Positions 1-8,179 are shown, counted from the first letter of the stretch. The stretch: 11,068 nt of DNA from Candidatus Helarchaeota ASGARD archaeon Hel_GB_B (GCA_005191425.1 SUPR01000103.1:1-11068); one strand, 5' to 3'. A program made the numbers and translations. The notes: a model not told the origin generated them from the letters alone.

Positions 1-213
1 AATAAACTCATCAAGTTTTCTCTGTACATACTTGTTGCTGCTTGTTCTTAGTCTTGGTCGGCGTTTATTTCTTTTAGTTATAGATTTGATGTAATCCGAT
101 ACTGTATAACCATCAATATAGGTCCAAACTATTATAAAATCCGTTGTAGAACAAATATAATCAATAATCTGAAATTGAACGGAAAATTTATTAGGAGCTT
201 TTACAACTATCAT
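1..213 (-). CDS. Partial ORF running off the left edge; hypothetical protein with a protein-kinase-like hinge motif. The frame is open from 342 to 1.
   Basis: Hand translation gives 114 stop-free codons from 342 to 1. The first in-frame ATG is at 213, with GGTG (225-222) 8 nt upstream, the same spacing as at the thermosome gene. Product: MIVVKAPNKFSVQFQIIDYICSTTDFIIVWTYIDGYTVSDYIKSITKRNKRRPRLRTSSNKYVQRKLDEFI... The function call rests on motif resemblance only. Confidence 0.45.
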   Translation of the reverse strand, partial: MIVVKAPNKFSVQFQIIDYICSTTDFIIVWTYIDGYTVSDYIKSITKRNKRRPRLRTSSNKYVQRKLDEFI

Positions 214-626
214 TTTGGGAACACCATCGTTTTTAGGGAATCCCTGTTTTTCATAATTAAATATATGGTGGTGTTCCCTCTTTAACCTTGCGGAAGATTT
301 AAATGCAGTTTCTTGGGCGTCATAATTATTGCAAATGGAATATTAATATAAAGAATATTAAAAAACAGCAAATTCAATTATTATAGGAGTTGAAATGAAA
401 AAATAATTGTAGTAAAAAAGTATGAGAAAAAAAAGTTTAGAAAATTATATAGAAATGGAAATTATTATAGTAAAAATAGCAGACAAAAGATTTTTTAATT
501 TAGTCGGTACTTTTCCGAATTAAAGATATATATATTAGAAAAATTTTTATGAATTCTTGAAAATAAAAATCCTAACATAATATAATAATTTGTAATCTAC
601 CAATTCGCATTTTATTACCGATATAA

Positions 627-675
627 TTTTAAATACATTATTAAGTTGGTTGGATTAAAAAAGAGTTTAAGGTGA
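627..675 (+). promoter_or_regulatory. Putative TATA box (TTTTAAATA, 627-635) and Shine-Dalgarno GGTGA (671-675) for the thermosome gene
   Basis: GGTGA is complementary to the archaeal 16S rRNA 3' end and lies 7 nt before ATG 683. The TATA-like element is about 50 nt upstream of the ATG, but such elements are common in AT-rich DNA. Confidence 0.5.
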
Positions 676-682
676 TAGAAAA

Positions 683-2302
683 ATGTCCGAACTATCAGGT
701 CAGCCAGTATTAATATTAAAAGAAGGTTCTAGTAGAAGCCGCGGTAAAGACGCGCAACATAATAATATTATGGCTGCTAAAATAATTTCCGAATCCGTCC
801 GTACCTCATTAGGTCCAAAAGGAATGGATAAAATGTTGGTCGACAGTTTTGGAGATGTCACAATTACAAATGATGGTGCTACAATATTAAAGGAGATTGA
901 TGTCCAACACCCTGCTGCAAAAATGGTCGTAGAAGTTTCAAAAACTCAAGACCAAGAAGTAGGTGATGGTACCACAACTGCAGCAATATTAACTGGTGAA
1001 TTGTTAAAGAATGCTGAAGAATTAATAGGTGAAAATATTCATCCTACAATTATCGTTGATGGCTATAGAAAAGCAGTTGATAAAGCAATAGAATTAATTG
1101 ATGATATTGCTATGGATGTATCAAATAATGAAGAAATGCTTTATACTGCTGCAAAAGTATCTATGAGCTCAAAAGTAGTTTCTGAAATTCGAGATTTATT
1201 TGCTGATTATGCTGTTAAAGCTATTCGATCAATACAAGATGGAAATAATGCCGATTTGGACGATGTTAGCGTCCTCAAGAAAAAAGGCGAAGGTTTAGAG
1301 GATACAATCTTTGTTAATGGCATTATCATTGATAAAGAAATAGTACACGCAGGAATGCCAAAACGAATTGAAAACGCTAAAATTGCTCTCGTAGAATCTG
1401 CATTTGAAATTTCAAAAACTGAATTTGACTCCAAGATTTCAATCACTCAAGTCGATCAAATGCAGGCATTTTTGGATCAAGAGGAAAAAACAATTAGAGC
1501 AATGGTCGACAAAGTAGCTGAAGTTGGTGCAAATGTCGTTCTCTGCCAGAAAGGTATTGATGACCTCGCTCAACATTTTATGAATAAGAAAGGTATCGCT
1601 GCAGTAAGAAGAATTAAAAAATCTGATATGGAAAAATTAGCTAAAGCTACTGGCGCAAAAATCGTTACTAATATTCATACAATTACTTCTGATGACCTTG
1701 GATTTGCTGGGCTTGTAGAAGAAAGAAAAATAGGTGATGATGACTACATCTTCATAGAAGAATGCGCAAATCCAAAAGCCGTTTCAGTTATGATTAGAGG
1801 AGGTACAAATCAACTGGTCGATGAGGCAGAAAGAGCATTTCATGATGCCTTGTGTGTAGTTAGAAACTTAATTAGAGTCCCAAAAGTAGTATATGGTGGC
1901 GGGGCTGCTGAAATAGAAATTTCTAAAGGCCTAAGACAATATGCTGCTTCTTTAGGTGGACGTGAGCAATTAGCTGTTTCTGCATTTGCTGATGCAGTCG
2001 AAATTATTCCCAGAACTCTTGCTGAAAATGCCGGACTAGATATAATTGACATTTTGGCAGAATTACGATCAAAACATGATAGCGGGGAAATCAGTGCAGG
2101 CGTGGATGTACTGGCTGGTAAAGTGGGGGACATGAAAGCTATAAATGTCTATGACCCTGCCATTGTTAAGACACAAGCAATTGAAAGCGCTGCAGAAGCC
2201 GCAATCATGATACTTAGGATCGATGATGTAATAGCTGCTGGCAAATCAAGTGGCGGACCACCCGGTGGACCACCTGGTGGTGGAGAATCAGAAGAAGATT
2301 AA
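683..2302 (+). CDS. ths: Thermosome subunit (group II chaperonin, CCT/TCP-1 family)
   Basis: 539 aa with the motifs [42 protein letters not shown] and LRIDDVI. The alpha/beta subunit type cannot be assigned from sequence alone. Confidence 0.98.
   Translation: MSELSGQPVLILKEGSSRSRGKDAQHNNIMAAKIISESVRTSLGPKGMDKMLVDSFGDVTITNDGATILKEIDVQHPAAKMVVEVSKTQDQEVGDGTTTAAILTGELLKNAEELIGENIHPTIIVDGYRKAVDKAIELIDDIAMDVSNNEEMLYTAAKVSMSSKVVSEIRDLFADYAVKAIRSIQDGNNADLDDVSVLKKKGEGLEDTIFVNGIIIDKEIVHAGMPKRIENAKIALVESAFEISKTEFDSKISITQVDQMQAFLDQEEKTIRAMVDKVAEVGANVVLCQKGIDDLAQHFMNKKGIAAVRRIKKSDMEKLAKATGAKIVTNIHTITSDDLGFAGLVEERKIGDDDYIFIEECANPKAVSVMIRGGTNQLVDEAERAFHDALCVVRNLIRVPKVVYGGGAAEIEISKGLRQYAASLGGREQLAVSAFADAVEIIPRTLAENAGLDIIDILAELRSKHDSGEISAGVDVLAGKVGDMKAINVYDPAIVKTQAIESAAEAAIMILRIDDVIAAGKSSGGPPGGPPGGGESEED
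2252..2275 (+). repeat. Two-copy 12-bp in-frame tandem repeat encoding GGPP-GGPP
   Basis: ggcggaccaccc followed by ggtggaccacct, in the chaperonin C-terminal tail. Confidence 0.8.
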
Positions 2303-2320
2303 AATTAAATAAAATATAAA

Positions 2321-2340
2321 TTTTTTTTAATTCTTTTTTT
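2321..2340 (+). terminator. Oligo-T archaeal-type terminator of the thermosome gene
   Basis: T8 (2321-2328) and T7 (2334-2340) tracts starting about 19 nt after the stop codon. Confidence 0.55.
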
Positions 2341-2636
2341 ATTATTATTTTAATGAAAAGCATTATCTATTTCTTTTTGAATGTACTAAAATTAACTAAC
2401 TAATTTCTGCTCCGACATAAATTACTCTAATTTATTTGTTATATTATACTTTATTTGATTTTCTAGTTTTTAATTTATATTTGTTTAACTTACCTTAAAT
2501 GATTGTATGAAAAAAATAATGGTGTAATATAGTTATTATCTCTAAATAATGGGTTAAAAATCGATTTTAGTAAAATAATAAAAATAAGGTAAACCAATTA
2601 TTTGATACAATTATTAAAAAATTGGTGTTATTTAAT

Positions 2637-3524
2637 ATGGTCAAGATTTATGAGAATGAATTTGCGGAATGTTTTGATGGTACAGTAGTACAGCTTTTAA
2701 TAACTGCAAAAAATAAGAAATTATTAGAATGGGCTGCTTACAGTTTCACGGCGCTACCTTCAACTGTATTTGGAGATGCCGAAGGTGGTATAGTTAAATG
2801 GGTTAACCCAGAAAATACAATTGATGGTAGAATTGGTGTCATCGTTCAGTTATGGGTTACAGGGACTGGAAAAAAAGCCCAGGAAAATCTTTATGATAAA
2901 TTGGGTAAAAGGATCAGACAAGGGATTTTGGTCGTTCCGACTACTGCAGTTTTCAATGCTTTCGAAAGTAAAGATAAATTTGAAATGATGGACAATGTAG
3001 GGCATTGCGGCGATGGTTATGAAAAAATCATCAATTTTAAAGACAAAGAAATGATAAATGTCCCAATTATGATGGGTTATGATTTTTTAATTGAAAGGTT
3101 TATCAACTTTAAAAGTGGTATAATGGGTGGCAATTTGTGGTTCTTTTGTGATAGTATCGATTCTGCACTGGAAGCAGGTGAAATTGCTGTTGATACTATT
3201 TTACAAATAAATGGCGCAATTACTTCGTTTAATATATGTTCAGCTGGCTCAAAAGTGGAAACAAATTATCCGGAAATTGGACCAACTACAAACCATTGGT
3301 TCTGTCCTACATTAAAAGACGTTATCCCAGATTCAAAAGTACCTGATGGTATAAAGTCGATCCCTGAAATTGTAATTAATGGAACTTCATTAGATATAGT
3401 TAAGGATGCTATGAGACAATCAATTGAGAACGTAAAAGATGTAAATGGATTAAAAATAATTTCAGCAGGTAATTTTGGGGGTAAATTAGGTCCATATAAA
3501 ATCTACTTAAGAGATGTTATTTAA
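2637..3524 (+). CDS. ftr: Formylmethanofuran--tetrahydromethanopterin N-formyltransferase family protein (divergent, Ftr-like type)
   Basis: Ftr-family motifs FAECF, LLITA, DGRIG, GDGYE, GGNLW, GSK, CPTL, EIVING and ISAGNFGGKLG. Start moved from the track's TTG 2622 to ATG 2637 because GGTG (2624-2627) sits 9 nt upstream as a ribosome-binding site. Confidence 0.9.
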   Translation: MVKIYENEFAECFDGTVVQLLITAKNKKLLEWAAYSFTALPSTVFGDAEGGIVKWVNPENTIDGRIGVIVQLWVTGTGKKAQENLYDKLGKRIRQGILVVPTTAVFNAFESKDKFEMMDNVGHCGDGYEKIINFKDKEMINVPIMMGYDFLIERFINFKSGIMGGNLWFFCDSIDSALEAGEIAVDTILQINGAITSFNICSAGSKVETNYPEIGPTTNHWFCPTLKDVIPDSKVPDGIKSIPEIVINGTSLDIVKDAMRQSIENVKDVNGLKIISAGNFGGKLGPYKIYLRDVI

Positions 3525-3533
3525 TTTTTTTTT
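3525..3533 (+). terminator. T9 tract immediately after the ftr stop codon
   Basis: TAA followed directly by TTTTTTTTT in the gap between convergent genes. Confidence 0.5.
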
Positions 3534-3581
3534 AAATTGAAGGTTGGAATATTTCAAATAATAGGAAATTTTAAAAAATAA

Positions 3582-4211
3582 TTAAATCTCAAGAACTCTT
3601 CCTTCAATTAATTCTACTTTAACATCTGGGTTCTCTTTCTCAGCCATTTTTTTAAATTCTTTTAGATCATGATCCCATTGGTGCATTGGCAGGCAAATTT
3701 TTGGTTTAATATATTCTAAAGATTTTACACCTTGATTAAAGTCCATGGTATATGTATCTCCAACGGGTATCATCGCAACATCTATTGGCCCAAGATTTTT
3801 CATTTCATCAATTAAATCGGTATCTCCTGCATGATATATTCTTTTATTTTCTGTTTCAACAATATATCCTAACCAATTATTTTTCTTTGGATGGAACATT
3901 TTTCCGATATTATATGCCCTAACTGCTAATACTTTAATTTCTTTAATTTCAGTAGTATCACCCACATCAAGTCCAACGGTCTTAAAATTTTTGAGCTTCG
4001 ATTGCGATGATAAAGGACAAATTATTACTGTAGAATCTTTTAAAATATTTTTAATGCTTTTTTTGTCTGCATGGTCATAATGATCATGAGAAATTAAAAT
4101 TAAATCTGCTTTTTTTTCTCCTGATTTTATTTGATACGGGTCAAAATAAATAACTGTATCATCCTTTGTTATAATTTGAAAGCAAGCATGTGTTATCCAC
4201 TTTATTTTCAT
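3582..4211 (-). CDS. MBL-fold metallo-hydrolase (UPF0173/UlaG-like)
   Basis: HxHxDH motif (SHDHYDH), IYFDPY, IYHAGDT, VAMIPVG and PMH. Likely start is ATG 4211 (MKIKWITHACF); the track's GTG 4220 lies inside a GAGTGA SD-like motif. Confidence 0.9.
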   Translation of the reverse strand: MKIKWITHACFQIITKDDTVIYFDPYQIKSGEKKADLILISHDHYDHADKKSIKNILKDSTVIICPLSSQSKLKNFKTVGLDVGDTTEIKEIKVLAVRAYNIGKMFHPKKNNWLGYIVETENKRIYHAGDTDLIDEMKNLGPIDVAMIPVGDTYTMDFNQGVKSLEYIKPKICLPMHQWDHDLKEFKKMAEKENPDVKVELIEGRVLEI

Positions 4212-4384
4212 AACAATCACTCTAAAATACTTGATTTTTAATTATAATATTATGAATTAAATAAATTCTTATTATTTTTATGTTTAATTTAAAATATATT
4301 AAAATATATTTAAATCAAAAAATTAGAAAAAATATTAATTTTTTAACTTTATATTTTCATTTTGAAACTCAAGTCGTGAAGTAA

Positions 4385-5191
4385 TTGAATAAAAAAGGTC
4401 TAAATAAATTATATTATGAAATTACAGATTATCTAATGAAGCCATTTTATTGGGCTTACAAGAAAAAGTTATGGCGTCAAATAAAAAATAAGCAAATGCC
4501 TGAGCATATTGGCATTATTTTAGATGGTAATCGTAGATATGCAAAAGAAAGAGGGTTGCCTCCATGGTATGGACACGAAGTCGGTGCAGAACGTGTGGAA
4601 CAAATTTTGATGTATTGTTTTGAATTGGGAATTCGTGTTATTACTTTATATGCATTTTCTACTGAAAATTTTAAACGGTCTGAACAAGAAGTAAATAAAA
4701 TAATGGAAATTGCAAAAAAGAAATTTAAGGAAATTATGGACCACCCAATGATTCATAAATATAAAGTTAAAATAAAAGCAATAGGTAGGTTATATGAACT
4801 ACCTGAAGACCTCCAAAAAATTATTATGGAAGCGGAAGAGAAAACTAAAAACTATAACAAATTTCAAATAAATATTGCTATTAGTTATGGCGGTAGAAAT
4901 GAAATAGTTGATTGTATGAAGAAAATCGCGCAAGAAGTAAAAGATGGTAAATTGAAAATTGAGGATGTAAATGAAACTACAATTGAAAATTATTTATATA
5001 CAAAAGGTCTACCTGATCCAGATGTTATTATAAGAACTAGTGGTGAAGAACGATTATCTGGTTTTTTACTCTGGCAATCAGCTTATTCAGAGTTAATTTT
5101 TCTCGAAATTTATTGGCCAGCTATAAGAAAAATCGATTTATGGCGTGCAATTCGAGTTTTTCAACAGAGACATAGAAGATATGGAAAATGA
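4385..5191 (+). CDS. uppS: cis-prenyltransferase (polyprenyl/undecaprenyl diphosphate synthase)
   Basis: HIGIILDGNRR, YAFSTENFKRS, ISYGGRNEI, PDPDVIIRTSGEERLSGFLLWQSAYSE and a C-terminal RxG motif (RRYGK). TTG start with GTGA upstream; an alternative ATG lies at 4436. Confidence 0.96.
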   Translation: MNKKGLNKLYYEITDYLMKPFYWAYKKKLWRQIKNKQMPEHIGIILDGNRRYAKERGLPPWYGHEVGAERVEQILMYCFELGIRVITLYAFSTENFKRSEQEVNKIMEIAKKKFKEIMDHPMIHKYKVKIKAIGRLYELPEDLQKIIMEAEEKTKNYNKFQINIAISYGGRNEIVDCMKKIAQEVKDGKLKIEDVNETTIENYLYTKGLPDPDVIIRTSGEERLSGFLLWQSAYSELIFLEIYWPAIRKIDLWRAIRVFQQRHRRYGK

Positions 5192-5230
5192 TCAAGAGAT
5201 TTTTTTAGAAATGATTTAAAGGAAATGAAT

Positions 5231-5237
5231 AAAAAAA
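5231..5237 (-). terminator. T7 tract (minus strand) downstream of the oxidoreductase stop
   Basis: A7 on the plus strand at 5231-5237, starting 7 nt beyond the TAA at 5244-5246. Confidence 0.4.
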
Positions 5238-5243
5238 TTATTT

Positions 5244-6701
5244 TTATATGATATTATTTTTTTCGAAATAATCCCATAATTCCAGTGCTGATTGGGCTGC
5301 TAGTTCTGTTCCAATTCCCCATCCACCTGCATCACCTGAGCAAAAATATAGTCCTTCTATCGGTGAAATTTTACTTGGTCTTTTATCTGCTACTTGATCA
5401 ATTGATTGCGCAATACCTGTTCCAGCACCTTCCTTGCCAAACCGTACCTCAAGCTGACTTGTTGATATGAAATCACTTATAACAATATGGTCTTCTATTT
5501 CAGGCCAAAGTGATACCAATGAATTAATACAACATTCGCGCCACTTATCTTCATCTTTTTTACTCCATTTTACCATTTTTCCGAATGCTGTGGGGGTAAC
5601 TGTATGGATATTCTGACACCCTTCAGGTGCAAGCGATGGGTCATGGTTTGATACCGGTACAATTAATTGTGCACTTTTTTCAGGTATACCCATTTTTTTA
5701 AAGTCTAAATCTTCAAGTTCGTCTTCAATTGCTTTAAATGCATTGCCTATTCCTTCAGTTTTTGGTACATATGTTAGCATTTTTTGGTCTGTAATTATTT
5801 TATCTATTCCTATCTTTAAACTACAGACTTGACCTCCCCATTTCAAATTTTTTATCCAATTAGAATATTCCCTATCAAAATATTTTTCACCCACTAATTT
5901 AAATACTGTTGTTTTAATATCTGAATTTGCAATGACAATATCTGCTTCATAAAAAGTAGAATCTGGGCCAGCTTCTACCCCTATTACTCCATTATCTTGG
6001 ACTATAATTTTTTTTACTTTTCCTTCTTTGCCAAGATAGATATTGCCACCATTTTCTGAAATTACTTCACAAAATGTCTCAGGTATTGCACCACAACCTC
6101 CAAATGGATAGCCCATACTCATCGTTTGCGCATTTAATTTTGTGCATTTTAAATATTCTCCGGCTGAAGTTTCTTTAGGACTAGTCCCAAACATTACTCC
6201 GGCTTGCATAGAATACATAATTTTCATTAACAAATTTTTATTGCCCAATCTTTCGTCTAAAAATTCTTTCAAACTTCTATAATTCCAATTCTCAATTTCA
6301 TCATCTGGCATCTCTTTAATTTGATGTATCAATGTAGGTCTACTTCTTTTTGTTTTATCCTTTTTTTTCCGTCTTGAAGCCCCACTAGCTCTGAGTTCCA
6401 TTCCCATTATATTAACTCTTGGCCCAGGATTTTTAGTATGGCTCCATTTAAACTCTTGACTCTTTCTAATTTTTTCTAATATCTTTCCTAATGGCCCTTT
6501 ATCACATGCATTTATAATATGGCAACCTACATCGAATTTCCATTCTCTATCTTGGTCATCTTTCTTTATGTATGAACCACACCTTCCACCAATGATTTTA
6601 TTTTGTTCAAATACCTTCATATCTACTTTATAATTTTTATTTATTAAAGCGCCAATGCCTGACCCACCAATTCCAGTTCCTATAATTATTATACGTTTCA
6701 T
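5244..6701 (-). CDS. NAD(P)/FAD-dependent oxidoreductase, phytoene desaturase (CrtI)/retinol saturase-like family (COG1233)
   Basis: N-terminal Rossmann motif IIIIGTGIGG, EQNKIIGGRCGS, FDVGCH, GYPFGGCGAIPETF, ADIVIANSD, PSLAPEG and C-terminal IEGLYFCSGDAGGWGIG. Substrate unknown. Confidence 0.85.
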   Translation of the reverse strand: MKRIIIIGTGIGGSGIGALINKNYKVDMKVFEQNKIIGGRCGSYIKKDDQDREWKFDVGCHIINACDKGPLGKILEKIRKSQEFKWSHTKNPGPRVNIMGMELRASGASRRKKKDKTKRSRPTLIHQIKEMPDDEIENWNYRSLKEFLDERLGNKNLLMKIMYSMQAGVMFGTSPKETSAGEYLKCTKLNAQTMSMGYPFGGCGAIPETFCEVISENGGNIYLGKEGKVKKIIVQDNGVIGVEAGPDSTFYEADIVIANSDIKTTVFKLVGEKYFDREYSNWIKNLKWGGQVCSLKIGIDKIITDQKMLTYVPKTEGIGNAFKAIEDELEDLDFKKMGIPEKSAQLIVPVSNHDPSLAPEGCQNIHTVTPTAFGKMVKWSKKDEDKWRECCINSLVSLWPEIEDHIVISDFISTSQLEVRFGKEGAGTGIAQSIDQVADKRPSKISPIEGLYFCSGDAGGWGIGTELAAQSALELWDYFEKNNII

Positions 6702-6757
6702 TTACTATTCATCTACTCAAACTTTATTTTAATTATTAATATTCATTTTCAAATCAG

Positions 6758-8143
6758 TTAATGAGCATTTTCTAAATTTTTTCTTTTCCTAGCTATCAAT
6801 TCTCTACACTTTTTTGCTTCTTTTGGATAATATATAAAAGGTAATATCCAAATACAATTTCCAAAAATGGAAAACAAAAAAATAACTACCATTGCAAACA
6901 AATAACCCGAATTTAAAAGCAGAAATGTAAATAGTGGGTTTCCAAAAACAGCTGCAATATTAGCCATAATCCCGTAATAAGAATTTGCAGAACTTCTCTC
7001 TTCTATTATACATACTTCTGAAAGCATAGCATAATTATTAGATGGCGGGAAAGCTGTCAACATATATCCTATAAACCCAATTATGATAAATAATATTGAA
7101 TACCCAATTATTTCTCCTAATGTATTTGAAGGAAATGGCATCAAATAGAACGCAAGTAAAATAAATATACCCGGTATCATCCCCATTAAAATCACATAGA
7201 CTCTTCCTCGTTTTTTTCCTTTTTTATAAAATTTATCTCCTAATTTTCCACCAATTAAATTCCCCGGTATAGCTCCGAGTCCTGCAATCATATATATTAC
7301 TATAGCTAATAGTTCTGGATTTGCAATAACAGGACCAATTTTATAATCTCTCCAATATGTTATTGCCCAATTCCCTAATGCTGAAAATGTTATGGACGAA
7401 AATAATACATAAATTAAAATCCCTAAAACAGTTTTTTTACTAAATATATTTTTCATGGTTTTCAATGAGACCTTATAATCATATTCAATTATACCATCAA
7501 AATCCTCAAACTCAGGCTCTGATTCACCTCGCACTGGGTCAATATCTCTAATTCCATATGTCAACGTTGGCCATATACCCAGCAGACACCCTAATACATA
7601 TGCCCAACGCCAACTAATTGATGATGGTAATAGCAAATCAATAAATGTAGCAAATAAAACACCCCCACCAGAACCTAAAACAAGCCCAAAACTCATCAGA
7701 CCATATCGTTTTCCACGATCATGTGGTGGATACATATCACTAATTATAGAAAATCCAATCGGAATGAACGCACCAATAAAAAATGCAGAAATCATTATCA
7801 ATACAAGGAATTGATAAAAATTTTGGACCATTGAAATTAATCCATAAGAAATAAATGTAATTAAATTCGTAATAAAAAATACCTTTTTACGACCAAATCT
7901 CTTTGATAATTTTTCAGAATAATAACCAAAAAATAAGATACTAAATGTTTGGACTATAAAATTTACTGAAATTATTATACCAATCTCATTATAATCAATA
8001 CTAATATATGCTAAATTATCTGTTATTACGGGAATTATACCATAACAGATATATATTGTAACATACATGAAAAAAATATCTCGAAATGTCTGGCTTTTTT
8101 TTAAAGATGCTAATTTTTCTGCTGTATTATTTATAGATACCAC
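6758..8143 (-). CDS. Major facilitator superfamily transporter
   Basis: 461 aa with about 12 hydrophobic segments. It has a motif-A-like GYYSEKLSKRFGRKK, IISDMYPPHDRGKRYG, SWRWAY, and the second-half repeat GGKLGDK. The GTG start is uncertain (see findings). Confidence 0.92.
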   Translation of the reverse strand: MVSINNTAEKLASLKKSQTFRDIFFMYVTIYICYGIIPVITDNLAYISIDYNEIGIIISVNFIVQTFSILFFGYYSEKLSKRFGRKKVFFITNLITFISYGLISMVQNFYQFLVLIMISAFFIGAFIPIGFSIISDMYPPHDRGKRYGLMSFGLVLGSGGGVLFATFIDLLLPSSISWRWAYVLGCLLGIWPTLTYGIRDIDPVRGESEPEFEDFDGIIEYDYKVSLKTMKNIFSKKTVLGILIYVLFSSITFSALGNWAITYWRDYKIGPVIANPELLAIVIYMIAGLGAIPGNLIGGKLGDKFYKKGKKRGRVYVILMGMIPGIFILLAFYLMPFPSNTLGEIIGYSILFIIIGFIGYMLTAFPPSNNYAMLSEVCIIEERSSANSYYGIMANIAAVFGNPLFTFLLLNSGYLFAMVVIFLFSIFGNCIWILPFIYYPKEAKKCRELIARKRKNLENAH

Positions 8144-8179
8144 CTATTTTCTTTTCAAAAAAATTTTCATCCATCAATT

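Noticed and set aside
1207-1446. 79-aa minus-strand ORF from the track
   Set aside because: It is fully antisense to the conserved thermosome CDS and has no recognisable motif; a typical shadow ORF.
1840-2133. 97-aa minus-strand ORF from the track
   Set aside because: Antisense shadow of the thermosome. Its Ser/Ala/Pro-rich composition follows from the sense codons.
2392-2418. Tiny minus-strand ORF MSEQKLVS* in the ths-ftr spacer
   Set aside because: Only 8 codons, and the downstream frame has repeated stops, so there is no support for a gene remnant.
2557-2568. 12-bp palindrome AAAATCGATTTT upstream of ftr
   Set aside because: Palindromes of this length are expected several times by chance in AT-rich DNA of this size.
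4288-4315. AAAATATATT direct repeat and near-palindrome in the MBL/uppS divergent spacer
   Set aside because: A/T-only low-complexity sequence, indistinguishable from background or overlapping TATA-like elements.
5189-5251. uppS ends in TGA followed by 19 open codons to a second TGA, raising possible Sec or readthrough
   Set aside because: The protein already ends at the canonical cis-prenyltransferase RxG terminus (RRYGK), no SECIS-like element was evident, and the extension would run into the convergent gene.
5285-5470. 61-aa plus-strand ORF from the track
   Set aside because: Antisense to the oxidoreductase C-terminus, with no motif or SD.
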